A model generated the notes under the pieces. That model made no database searches and was not told the origin of the DNA. It saw only the letters and a program-made list of their open reading frames with translations. Below are positions 1-9,708 of a stretch of 64,000 bases of DNA, one piece after another. This stretch comes from Candidatus Saccharimonadota bacterium. Lineage in GTDB: Bacteria > Patescibacteriota > Saccharimonadia > Saccharimonadales > Saccharimonadaceae. The first letter of the stretch is position 1, and every line of letters begins with the position of its first letter. The stretch covers positions 563 to 64,562 of the forward strand of contig WRLL01000002.1 of the NCBI GenBank assembly GCA_009777625.1, in the 5' to 3' direction. Position numbers and translations under genes: made by a program.

Positions 1-74
1 GACACAGCCTTAACCTTGTGGCTTTTGCCGTTAAAGTCGATCGTCGTGATATCGTAGTTTAGATCGTAAATCAT
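1..74 (-). CDS. 5' end of an unidentified CDS that runs off the window
   Basis: ATG at 74 lies 4 nt after the upstream stop, with AAGGA upstream. It opens MIYDLNYDITTIDFNGKSHKVKAV... and stays open to nt 1. Too short to assign. Confidence 0.3.
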   Translation of the reverse strand, partial: MIYDLNYDITTIDFNGKSHKVKAV

Positions 75-78
75 TTAC

Positions 79-1503
79 TTATAATCCTTTCACGTATTCC
101 TTCAAGGATTCCCGCCAGTCTTTCGATATAAAACCAGTTGCTTTGATTTTTTCTAAGTTAAGAGTGGAGAAATGCGGCCGCGGTGAAATCTTTACTTCGG
201 CATTTGCAAAGTATTCCTCGGTCGAAATGCCAGTCACGTCCGATCGCGATTTGCCGCATAATTCATATACTTCGGCGGCAAATTCGTTCCAGGCAGCCGA
301 AGGGCCGTCGCCAGTCGAATTGTAAATTCCATAGGGTGCATTGACGTCGACCAAATGTTTGATCGAACGCGCCAGTTCATCGGCAAAAGTAAGCCGGCCG
401 ATTTGGTCGTTGACGACTTTGGGCTGGACGCCTTTTTCCGCCAATCCTGCCATAGTTCGGACGAAGTTTTTGCCGTTGCCGATCAACCACGATGTTCGCA
501 GGATGTAAAACTTGTTGAGGACGGAAACAATTTCATCGCTGGCGGCCTTGGTTTGCGCGTAGACTCCGAGCGGTGCGTAGCCCTCATACTCGTCGTGGAC
601 TTCTTTCTTGCCGTCGAAAACGTAGTCTGATGAGACGTGGACCAGGGTGATATTGTGTTCGGCAGAGATTTTTGTTAAGTTTTTCACTGCCGCAACATTA
701 ACCGCCCAGGCCGCGTGCCGGCCTTCATCGGTTTCGGCGCCATCAACGTTGGCGTAAACTGCAGCATTCAAGATCAAATCAAATTCGCGCCAGTTGTAAT
801 TGGCGAACTGCGACCAGTCAGTGATATCAAATTCGTCACGGTCGACACAAACTGCGGCGGGGTAAAGTTTCTTCAGCTCGCTACCTAATTGGCCATTGGC
901 GCCAGTGATCATGACTTTCTTTGACTTAATCTTAATCGCGTCTTTTAGTGGTGGATGATTTTTATCTTTCTCGCTCATTTCCACCTTCGCGTCGTTCAAC
1001 GGAATCGGCCATTTTATTTTCAGGGCAGGATCGGCTGCGTTAACAAAAGAGTACTCGGCGTTTGGCGACCAATGGTCATTTACTAGATAAGTATAAACTA
1101 CATTGTCAGTAAGAGTTTGATAGCCATTTGCCACACCGCGTGGAATAAAAATTGCTTTACCCGGGTCAAGAATTGTAGTGTAAGTCTTACCGAATGTCGG
1201 CGAACCCTCGCGAATATCGACCCATGCACCGAAAATTTTTCCCGAACCAATGGTGATAAACTTATCCCACGGCTCTGCATGTAGACCACGAGTCGCACCG
1301 GTTTTATTGTTAAAAGAAAAATTGTTTTGCACCGGTTTGAAATCAGGCAAGCCTATGGCTACCATCTTCTCTCGTTGCCAGTTTTCCTTGAACCAGCCGC
1401 GATTATCGCCCAACACCGTCAGGTCGAATTCTATGATGCCGGGAATTTCTTTGACCTTTTTGGCTGTTAACTTTTTGTCGAATTCGAAATCTGCCACTTG
1501 CAC
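79..1503 (-). CDS. fused dTDP-4-dehydrorhamnose 3,5-epimerase (RmlC-like N-half) and dTDP-4-dehydrorhamnose reductase (RmlD-like C-half)
   Basis: 474-aa ORF. The N-half is an RmlC-type cupin (GDNRGWFKENW, RGLHAEPWDK, FIPRGVANGYQTL). The C-half has the Rossmann motif GANGQLG and the reductase motifs SSDYVFDG and YAQTK. Confidence 0.85.
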   Translation of the reverse strand: MQVADFEFDKKLTAKKVKEIPGIIEFDLTVLGDNRGWFKENWQREKMVAIGLPDFKPVQNNFSFNNKTGATRGLHAEPWDKFITIGSGKIFGAWVDIREGSPTFGKTYTTILDPGKAIFIPRGVANGYQTLTDNVVYTYLVNDHWSPNAEYSFVNAADPALKIKWPIPLNDAKVEMSEKDKNHPPLKDAIKIKSKKVMITGANGQLGSELKKLYPAAVCVDRDEFDITDWSQFANYNWREFDLILNAAVYANVDGAETDEGRHAAWAVNVAAVKNLTKISAEHNITLVHVSSDYVFDGKKEVHDEYEGYAPLGVYAQTKAASDEIVSVLNKFYILRTSWLIGNGKNFVRTMAGLAEKGVQPKVVNDQIGRLTFADELARSIKHLVDVNAPYGIYNSTGDGPSAAWNEFAAEVYELCGKSRSDVTGISTEEYFANAEVKISPRPHFSTLNLEKIKATGFISKDWRESLKEYVKGL

Positions 1504-1521
1504 ACCTCCTTATCTTTGAAG

Positions 1522-2064
1522 CTATTCTAACACGTTTGCTTTCATAATCATCTCTCGTAATTTTTCTAGCCCAAATCGCACATCCTCAGCATGAATCTGG
1601 TCCATGTTAATCTCGTCAATTGAAAACAGGCGAATGTCGGCAACATCGTCGGCCGGCTGTAATTGGCGATCGGTCAAGAGCCGGGAATAGAAGAAGGCGC
1701 TAAGGATGGGTTCGATCTCGCCGTCATATTCGTTGCTACAACTATAACCGCTAGTCAGATATGTCAAAGGTTCGTAGTCGCCTGGTTCCAGCCCTAGTTC
1801 TTCCTGAAGTTCACGAATCGCCGCGTCCTCGGAAGTCTCACTAATATCGACAAAACCGCCGGGCGAATCCAACATCCCAATATTTGGTTCTATGCCACGC
1901 ACTGCCAACCAAACTCGGTTGTCCGACGCCAGCAAGAAAACACCGACGGCTGGCGATGGGTTGACGTATAACGTATGGTTATTTTCACAACGGTAAGCCC
2001 GCTCAGCAATTTGCTCAAGCCCTGCACCGCATCGGCGACAGAAATTCATCTCGACAACTTTCAT
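1522..2064 (-). CDS. NUDIX hydrolase with N-terminal zinc ribbon
   Basis: A CRRCG...CENNH zinc ribbon is followed by the Nudix box GGFVDISETSEDAAIRELQEELGL. The start abuts the rfbB stop. Confidence 0.8.
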   Translation of the reverse strand: MKVVEMNFCRRCGAGLEQIAERAYRCENNHTLYVNPSPAVGVFLLASDNRVWLAVRGIEPNIGMLDSPGGFVDISETSEDAAIRELQEELGLEPGDYEPLTYLTSGYSCSNEYDGEIEPILSAFFYSRLLTDRQLQPADDVADIRLFSIDEINMDQIHAEDVRFGLEKLREMIMKANVLE

Positions 2065-3102
<1,038 letters not shown>

Positions 3103-3129
3103 TTAACACAATGTGCTAATATGGTTAAG

Positions 3130-4158
3130 ATGAAAGTCCTGATTGTGATTCTAAATTACAACGCCTGGCGCGATACAGCCGAGTGTCTGGAATCGCTGGC
3201 CAAATCGACTTACAAAAATTTCGAAGTTTATATCGTTGAAAACAGCGATCGCGATCAGAAAAAGCAGATTGTAGCATTGAAGAAGATCATTCCAGATTTC
3301 CCGAAGACCGTGACGCTTGACGTTCAGCCAATTAACACTGGCTTTACAGGTGGTGTAAATATCGGGATTTCTTATGCACTAAAGAATAATTTCGATGCGG
3401 CGGTGTTGTTGAATCCTGATGCAACAGTCGAAAAGACTTGGCTTAAGAATTTGGTGACGGCCGTAAAGAAAACTGGCGCCGACGCAGCAACCGGTTTGAT
3501 GCTGGACGAAAAAGGTGAAAAGGTTGTAAACACCGGGGATATCTATACGGGATGGGGCGTGCCAGAGCAGCGCGACGAAGGCTTGCCGGTCGAGAAGGCA
3601 TCGAAATCAGGTTGGGTATTCGGCGCGACTGGTGGCGCGACGCTTTATAAGACTGACTTCTTTCGCACTGTCGGGATGTTCGACGAAAAGTTTTTTGCCT
3701 ACAACGAAGATGTCGATATTTCGTGGCGCGGACAATTATTGGGGAAGAAGTTTTATTACGAACAATCGGCCGTAGTTTTGCACCGTGGTGGCGTCAGTTC
3801 GTCGAGCGCGTTCAAGACGCGGCAAGTTTTCGCCAACTTGCCAGTCGTCATGTGGAAAAACGTGCCACGCGAAATGTATTGGTCGGTTAATTGGCGATTT
3901 CTCTTGGCCTACATGTTGTTCTTTGGATTTAAATTGACCCGCGGTGAAGGCTGGGCGGCCCTGAAAGGAATTGGTCGATCGATACGCCTTTTGCCGCATT
4001 CTTTGCGTGAACGACGACGAATTATGCGTCAGTTTCGAGATGGATTTCCTGATAAGGCAGTGCGGCGCAAACGTCTAAATGAAATCGATAAACTAATCAA
4101 TCCTAAATTGCCTTTTAGACAGGTACAAAGGCTGAAGAAGTTTTTCCGCCTAGGTTGA
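3130..4158 (+). CDS. family 2 glycosyltransferase (rhamnosyltransferase-like)
   Basis: MKVLIVILNYN GT2 N-terminus and NPDA/DED-type motifs. The start was chosen at ATG 3130; ATG 3121 is also possible. TTGACA at 3091-3096 lies upstream. Confidence 0.8.
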   Translation: MKVLIVILNYNAWRDTAECLESLAKSTYKNFEVYIVENSDRDQKKQIVALKKIIPDFPKTVTLDVQPINTGFTGGVNIGISYALKNNFDAAVLLNPDATVEKTWLKNLVTAVKKTGADAATGLMLDEKGEKVVNTGDIYTGWGVPEQRDEGLPVEKASKSGWVFGATGGATLYKTDFFRTVGMFDEKFFAYNEDVDISWRGQLLGKKFYYEQSAVVLHRGGVSSSSAFKTRQVFANLPVVMWKNVPREMYWSVNWRFLLAYMLFFGFKLTRGEGWAALKGIGRSIRLLPHSLRERRRIMRQFRDGFPDKAVRRKRLNEIDKLINPKLPFRQVQRLKKFFRLG

Positions 4159-4178
4159 TTCGTGATAGAATGTTGGAT

Positions 4179-5177
4179 ATGAAGTTGATCACGATCATCA
4201 TCCCAGCCTGGAACGAAGAGAAATCTTTGCCGTTTTTGTTCAAACGTCTTGACAACCTGGTCAGGAACTGTCGTGGTTATGAATTTGAGTTTCTGTTTAT
4301 TAATGATGGCTCTAAAGACAAGACACTTTCGATCCTGCAGCAAGAATCCAAGAAAAATCCGCGAATTTCTTATCTGAACTTTTCGCGTAATTTTGGTAAG
4401 GAAATTGCCGTGGCCGCAGGGCTAGATCATGCCGCTGGCGATGCGGTGGTTATTATGGATGCCGATGGCCAAGAGCCGCCCGAGCTAGTTCCAGAAATGA
4501 TCAAGTGGTGGGAAAAAGGCTACGATGATGTCTACGCACGACGCAATAAAACTGACAGGGGTTTACTAAAGAAATCTACGTCCAAGCTGTACTATCGAAC
4601 TCTGCAAAAAATGTCGCGAGCACAAATTCAGATTGATACCGGTGATTTTCGTCTGTTTAGTCGCAAAGTCGTGTTGGCTCTGCGCGAGTTTCGAGAGGCA
4701 TCCAGGCAAAACAAAGCTATTTTTTCCTGGGTTGGCTTTGAAAAGAAGGAGATTACTTTCGACCAAGGCGAGCGCGCCGGCGGCGGCGACAGCAAATGGA
4801 ATTTCAACCCCCTCAGCCCTGTTAATTCGCTGTGGGATTTGGCAATTGACGGCTTTACCAGCTTTTCCACAATTCCGTTGCGGTTTGTGTCGCTGTTTGG
4901 CCTGATGACATCGCTGGCAGCTTTTATTTATATCATCGTGATTTTGATACAGGCCGCGATGGGCTTGCCGCGCACGGGCGGATTTAATACTTTGATTATC
5001 ATCGTGCTGTTCCTCGGCGGTGTGCAGATGATCGCGTTGGGCGTGATTGGTGAATACATTGGCCGGATTTTTATCGAAACCAAGCAGCGGCCTCTTTATC
5101 TGGTCGAAGAATTCCATAAGGCAAAAGTGGCCAGCAAAGGTAGTAAAAGTGAACAAAGCAAAAAACTTGACGAGTAG
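4179..5177 (+). CDS. GT2 polyprenyl-phosphate glycosyltransferase (GtrB/DPM1-like) with two C-terminal TM helices
   Basis: ITIIIPAWNEE, FINDGSKDKT and VIMDADGQ motifs plus a C-terminal hydrophobic pair. The start is uncertain (4155, 4170 or 4179). Confidence 0.8.
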   Translation: MKLITIIIPAWNEEKSLPFLFKRLDNLVRNCRGYEFEFLFINDGSKDKTLSILQQESKKNPRISYLNFSRNFGKEIAVAAGLDHAAGDAVVIMDADGQEPPELVPEMIKWWEKGYDDVYARRNKTDRGLLKKSTSKLYYRTLQKMSRAQIQIDTGDFRLFSRKVVLALREFREASRQNKAIFSWVGFEKKEITFDQGERAGGGDSKWNFNPLSPVNSLWDLAIDGFTSFSTIPLRFVSLFGLMTSLAAFIYIIVILIQAAMGLPRTGGFNTLIIIVLFLGGVQMIALGVIGEYIGRIFIETKQRPLYLVEEFHKAKVASKGSKSEQSKKLDE

Positions 5178-5601
5178 TAAAAAGTGGCGATTTGTGCTGG
5201 TCGGCATCTTTAATACGGTTTTGGATTTCGGCCTGATGAACGTCTTTCGGTTGTTTGTACCTCTGCCAATCGCAAATATTATTTCAACTGGTATTGCAAT
5301 GATGTCGAGCTTCTTCCTAAATAAAAAATGGACATTCAAGAGTACCGGCAAGAATTACGTGCGTGAGGTTACATTGTTTTTCCTGTTCACGATCATCGGG
5401 ATTTGGGTGATTCAGACTGGTTTCATTTGGTTTATCAAAGAGTTCGTGCCACACTTTGGCCTGCCTGATGTGGCTTTTGACAACATCGCAAAGATTATTG
5501 CGTCAGTGCCAAGTTTGATTTGGAACTACGTTACATATAACAAGATTGTGTTTCGCGACAAGCAGACCGCACGTAAGGAAACCGAGAGTCAAGGATTGTA
5601 A
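5149..5601 (+). CDS. GtrA-family membrane protein (lipid-linked sugar translocation)
   Basis: Four TM helices and a KKWRFVLVGIFNTVLDFGLMN GtrA-type N-terminus. GTG 5149 avoids the long overlap with the upstream gene that the 5047 ORF start would imply. Confidence 0.75.
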   Translation: MNKAKNLTSSKKWRFVLVGIFNTVLDFGLMNVFRLFVPLPIANIISTGIAMMSSFFLNKKWTFKSTGKNYVREVTLFFLFTIIGIWVIQTGFIWFIKEFVPHFGLPDVAFDNIAKIIASVPSLIWNYVTYNKIVFRDKQTARKETESQGL

Positions 5602-5602
5602 C

Positions 5603-6067
5603 TTATTCTGCGATTTTCTTCAGCACAATATGCCGGTCGCGTCCTTCGCCTTCTGATTCGCTGGAAAGTTGTGAATAGTCAGCCAGGACTTTGTGCACTA
5701 CGCGGCGTTCGGCTGGATTCATTGGTCGTAGATCCATCGACTCGCCAGTTTCAATAACCTGCTTGGCCCACTGTTCGGCCTGTTCGGCGATGCGATCGTT
5801 GTGGCGTTTTTTGTAATCGGCAACGTCGAGATTAATGCGCTGCAACTCAGCGTTTTTTTGGATCAAGGTCGAACGCACCAAAAACTGCAGGCTGCGCAAT
5901 GTGTCACCATTCCGTCCGATCAACAGATTCGACAGGTAGGTGTTCGGCACGCTTAGCTCTATAACGTCCTCGTCGGCCGTGGCGTAAACATCGACGTTGA
6001 TGCCAAAGAACGACAATATGTCCTCAACGTATTTTTTGGCGAAACTGATTGATTCTTCTCTGTCCAT
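5603..6067 (-). CDS. jag: Jag/KhpB-type RNA-binding protein (KH + R3H domains)
   Basis: KH-like LLIGRNGDTLRSLQFL and a C-terminal R3H region (ERRVVHKVL). It occupies the conserved position downstream of yidC. Confidence 0.8.
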   Translation of the reverse strand: MDREESISFAKKYVEDILSFFGINVDVYATADEDVIELSVPNTYLSNLLIGRNGDTLRSLQFLVRSTLIQKNAELQRINLDVADYKKRHNDRIAEQAEQWAKQVIETGESMDLRPMNPAERRVVHKVLADYSQLSSESEGEGRDRHIVLKKIAE

Positions 6068-6077
6068 GGAGACCTCC

Positions 6078-7067
6078 TTACTTAGCCTTTATCCGCCTGA
6101 CGACGGTCTGGCCGCCGCTGGAGGTTGGCTTTTCATTCTTGGCAGATTTTTTGTTTTGAGAAGGTTTCATAGTAACAATTTCGGCTTCGCGGGCGTTTTT
6201 CTCGCGGGCGGATTTGGTGGTTTTAGACTTCGTGGACTTTTTCGCAGGCTCGTTAGCGATTTCTTCCAACTCTTCCTCATCCTTGTTTAGTAAGTAGTGT
6301 TGTTGAATGACAGCTACAGCGCTAGTTGTGGCGTAATACAGCATAACAGCAGCCGGCAACATCATACCGATAAAGAAGGTGAATATCGGGAAGAAATAAA
6401 TCATTTTACTGGTCGTGGCCGCCATCATTTCGGTTTGGTCAACCTCTTTGCCAGTGCTGGCTTCTTTGAACATGTCGCGCAATTTTTTCTTTTCAGTTGG
6501 CTGTGGCATGATTTGCTTGCTCTGCCAGAACTGGAAGGCGGCGGCCAGGGCAGCGATGATCAGCGCCGGCGCGTAGCCATTGGCGGTCTTGGTCAGATCA
6601 ATAATGCCGAACAAGTGTGTTGTACTGTTGGCTAGTAGTTCAGGAATCCGGCCAAAGTTCTCTAGGAAAGGATAAATAAATTGGCTCGGATCGACGTGAT
6701 GCAGTTCTTGATATTTCTCGGAGAAGATCTGGATGACACGAAAAATTGCAAAGAAAATTGGCAACTGTAACAGTAATACAAGGATTGAACCAAATGGCTT
6801 GACGCCTTTTTCTTTATACAGTTCCATCATCAACTGGCTTTCGAGCATGCGATTGCCTTTGGCCTGTTTTTTAATCTTTTTTAGTTCGGGCTGGATTTTG
6901 CGCATTAACTTTGTCTGATGAAGCTGTTTCTTTACCAATGGCCAAAGCATGAATCGCACAATTATCGTTAAAATTATGATCGCAACACCAAAATCGCCGA
7001 CGAAGTTGTAAATCATCGATAGCAAGTTTAAAATTGGCTGCGTTAAAAGTCTGTCAAAAATGTTCAT
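6078..7067 (-). CDS. yidC: membrane protein insertase YidC
   Basis: 329 aa with 5 TM helices, YidC/Oxa1 core motifs and a basic C-terminal tail. Lies in the rnpA-yidC-jag synteny. Confidence 0.9.
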   Translation of the reverse strand: MNIFDRLLTQPILNLLSMIYNFVGDFGVAIIILTIIVRFMLWPLVKKQLHQTKLMRKIQPELKKIKKQAKGNRMLESQLMMELYKEKGVKPFGSILVLLLQLPIFFAIFRVIQIFSEKYQELHHVDPSQFIYPFLENFGRIPELLANSTTHLFGIIDLTKTANGYAPALIIAALAAAFQFWQSKQIMPQPTEKKKLRDMFKEASTGKEVDQTEMMAATTSKMIYFFPIFTFFIGMMLPAAVMLYYATTSAVAVIQQHYLLNKDEEELEEIANEPAKKSTKSKTTKSAREKNAREAEIVTMKPSQNKKSAKNEKPTSSGGQTVVRRIKAK

Positions 7068-7126
7068 GCTGGCTATTTTAACAGATTTACTATTGGAAGG
7101 CTAATGTTGTGTTTTGGTCAACATAT

Positions 7127-7477
7127 TTAACGACGTGATTTTAGGCTAGCTTTGTGAAGAAGTGGCAAGAGCTGGATTGTCAGTTCGTCGTGCGACGCAT
7201 CGAGAACTTCGGCAGCGTAAACACTGATAACAACGTCGATGGCTGGCGTGTCGGTTAAAAAAGGTCGCACGATTTCGTATACACGGCGGCGGATGCGGTT
7301 GCGTTTGACAGCCGATTTAAAGACTTTTTTGCTGACAACGACGGCTAAGCGTGGGTTTCGGCGACGCGGATTGGTTGTCCATTTGATTGAAAAGAATTTG
7401 CTGCGACTTTGTTGGCCACGCGAAAAAACGTATTTTAGACTGGCGTGACCGTGAAAGCGGAATTTTTGGGCAATCAT
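7127..7477 (-). CDS. rnpA: ribonuclease P protein component
   Basis: Basic ~116-aa protein (RNRIRRRVYE RNR motif). The start was set at MIAQKFRF. The ORF-track N-terminal extension runs into a repeat element. Confidence 0.85.
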   Translation of the reverse strand: MIAQKFRFHGHASLKYVFSRGQQSRSKFFSIKWTTNPRRRNPRLAVVVSKKVFKSAVKRNRIRRRVYEIVRPFLTDTPAIDVVISVYAAEVLDASHDELTIQLLPLLHKASLKSRR

Positions 7478-7490
7478 GAGAACATAATAA

Positions 7491-7581
7491 CATGTCATCC
7501 TGCATGTCATCCTGAATTTGTTTCAGGATCCAATCAATTAATAATTGTTCATTAGATTCCGAAATAAGTCTGGCAGTGACA
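7491..7581. repeat. double-hairpin palindromic element, copy A, preceded by a 12-bp tandem duplication
   Basis: CATGTCATCCTG occurs twice in tandem (7491-7514). It is followed by TCCTGAAtttgtTTCAGGA, an AT-rich spacer and a degenerate second arm ending GTGACA. Confidence 0.75.
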
Positions 7582-7596
7582 GGAAAAGTTAAGTAT

Positions 7597-7640
7597 AGAA
7601 AAAGAAAAACGCCCGTTTTGGGCGAGCTTTTCTTTTTCTC
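7597..7640 (-). terminator. rho-independent terminator after rpmH (symmetrical, could act bidirectionally)
   Basis: AGAAAAAGAAAA-cGCCCGttttGGGCgag-cTTTTCTTTTTCT: a GC hairpin flanked by complementary A and T runs. Confidence 0.7.
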
Positions 7641-7778
7641 TTAAACCGACAGTTGGCGGCGCTGTTTATTGCGACGGCGTTTCATAACGGCTCGGCCGAC
7701 TTTGGTTGACATACGAGCACGAAAACCGTGCACGCGGGCGCGACGGCGGGTCTTTGGTTGATGAGTTCTCTTTGGCAT
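7641..7778 (-). CDS. rpmH: 50S ribosomal protein L34
   Basis: Manual translation gives [45 protein letters not shown]. It is below the ORF-track size cutoff and sits in the canonical position facing dnaA. Confidence 0.95.
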   Translation of the reverse strand: MPKRTHQPKTRRRARVHGFRARMSTKVGRAVMKRRRNKQRRQLSV

Positions 7779-7869
7779 GAGAGAAGTTTAGCACAAGATG
7801 CAGGTTTTGGCAAATTTATGTCCTGATTGAACTCTTTATATAAGTTAAGAATAAGAATCTTAGGAGAAG

Positions 7870-7997
7870 TTTTCCACAGGATATCCTCTTTAGAATAATG
7901 AAATAACAGATAATATTTACCATTTATTTATCAATTTCCTTTCAGTATACGAACTTTTACACAGCCAGAATCATAACGACCTTAAGCTTGTGGAAAA
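7870..7997. promoter_or_regulatory. DnaA boxes in the rpmH-dnaA spacer (dnaA autoregulation or left part of a bipartite origin)
   Basis: TTTTCCACA at 7870-7878, TTTTACACA at ~7954-7962 and TGTGGAAAA at 7989-7997, in AT-rich DNA. Confidence 0.55.
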
Positions 7998-9432
7998 CTC
8001 GCGACCTATGGTAAACTACTTAGCAATGAATGAGGGTAATATCAGCGAGGTGAATCTGGAGACGCAAACTGGCGTGGCTGATATCGGATTGTCCAGCAAC
8101 GCACTGTGGCAATCGGTCTTGGGCGAAGTTGAGTTGATATGCACGCCGCAGAGCTTTAGGACTTTCTGGCTGCCGACTAAGCTGATTTCCTTTAACAACG
8201 ACAAATTACTGATCGAAGTTAATAATATCTTTGCGAAAACTCAATTTGAGAAAAAATTTGCACCACTTATAAATGATATTTTAAAAAAGCATGGGTTGAC
8301 GCGACCGCAGCTGGAATTTATCACCAGCTCGACCAAACGGCGCGAACACAACGAAGATGTCATGGTAGTTGAAACATCGAAAAAATCATCTGGAAGTACG
8401 CCGGCCAAATTCGAATCACGCTTAAATTCCCGCTTTACGTTCGACAATTTCATCGTCGGCAGCTGTAATGATTTGGCCTATGCAGCGGCCGGCGCAGTTG
8501 CCGAACATCCCGGCGAGAAGTATAATCCGATCTTTATTTACGGCGGTGTGGGCCTAGGAAAAACTCATTTGATCCAGGCGATTGGCAATAAAATCACTGG
8601 TCAATGGCCAGCGAAACGCGTGCTTTATGCTTCGACTGAGGAATTTGTTAATGATTTCATTCATCATTTACGCAGCAAGACAGTTGACGAATTTACGCGA
8701 AAGTATCGTGATATCGATGCGCTGATAATCGATGATATGCAATTTATCGCGGGTAAAGAAAAGAATCAGGAGGCGTTTTTCAACACCTTTAACGCCCTAC
8801 ATCAAGCAAGTAAGCAAATCATTATCGCCGCCGATCGACCACCGGCCAACATTCCAACCTTGACCGATCGATTAAAAAGTCGCCTGCTAATGGGTATGGC
8901 GATCGATGTTAATTTGCCGGACTACGAAACACGTGTGGCAATTATCGAGTTAAAAGCCGCTCATTCGTCGGTGCAGTTGCCGCGCGAGACAGCTGAATAT
9001 TTAGCAGAGAACATTAAAACCAACGTGCGCGAGCTGGAGGGTTCATTGAATTACATCCTGGCTAACGCTGAGATGCGCGGCATCGAGCCGACGCCGGAAT
9101 TCGCCGCTGAACTGTTAGCTAATTCACGAACGGCCCGACCGAAACATATTACAGCCCGGCAAATTATTGAGAAAACCGCCCGATATTTCGAGCTGAAACC
9201 GGCCGACATTTGTTCGCCGGCTCGCGATAAATATATCGTTTTGCCGCGCCAAATCGCCATGTATTTGTTGCGGTCGGAACTGCATATGAGCTATCCAAAA
9301 ATCGCCAATGAACTAGGGCGGAAAGATCATACCACGGCGCTTCACTCAATCGAGAAAATCGACCGCGAGATTAAATTGGACATCACGATCCGCGAAAAAG
9401 TCGCTGAAATTCGGGAGGTGATTTATGCCTAA
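7990..9432 (+). CDS. dnaA: chromosomal replication initiator DnaA
   Basis: Walker A GGVGLGKTHL, AAA+ core and a C-terminal DnaA-box-binding HTH. The start is uncertain (GTG 7990, ATG 8008 or ATG 8026). Confidence 0.95.
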   Translation: MENSRPMVNYLAMNEGNISEVNLETQTGVADIGLSSNALWQSVLGEVELICTPQSFRTFWLPTKLISFNNDKLLIEVNNIFAKTQFEKKFAPLINDILKKHGLTRPQLEFITSSTKRREHNEDVMVVETSKKSSGSTPAKFESRLNSRFTFDNFIVGSCNDLAYAAAGAVAEHPGEKYNPIFIYGGVGLGKTHLIQAIGNKITGQWPAKRVLYASTEEFVNDFIHHLRSKTVDEFTRKYRDIDALIIDDMQFIAGKEKNQEAFFNTFNALHQASKQIIIAADRPPANIPTLTDRLKSRLLMGMAIDVNLPDYETRVAIIELKAAHSSVQLPRETAEYLAENIKTNVRELEGSLNYILANAEMRGIEPTPEFAAELLANSRTARPKHITARQIIEKTARYFELKPADICSPARDKYIVLPRQIAMYLLRSELHMSYPKIANELGRKDHTTALHSIEKIDREIKLDITIREKVAEIREVIYA

Positions 9433-9450
9433 TTTCGAACTAATAATTTC

Positions 9451-9708
9451 TGTGGAAAAGTTGTTGAAAAGCTATGGAAAGACTGTCGTAAAAAATGTGT
9501 TCAGCTTTCCACAGAATTTTAGTGAATTTTTCTTAAGGTCTAGGAACGCGTGGAAAAGTCAAAGTTATTCACAAATTTTCCTAGGTCTTCCACAGCCCGA
9601 ATTCACAGTCGATTCTTGCCAATTATCATCTTATAAACAAGAAAATTTCCACAATTTCCACAATGCTTATTATGATGACTATTATTTATATAATAAGAAA
9701 GGACATAA
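9451..9708. other. oriC: DnaA-box cluster plus AT-rich unwinding region between dnaA and dnaN
   Basis: Boxes at 9451-9459 (TGTGGAAAA), 9505-9513 (CTTTCCACA), 9548-9556 (CGTGGAAAA), 9565-9573 (TTATTCACA), 9586-9594 (TCTTCCACA) and 9599-9607 (GAATTCACA). ATTTCCACA occurs twice in tandem at 9645-9653 and 9654-9662. AT-rich ttattatgatgactattatttatataata follows. Confidence 0.8.
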
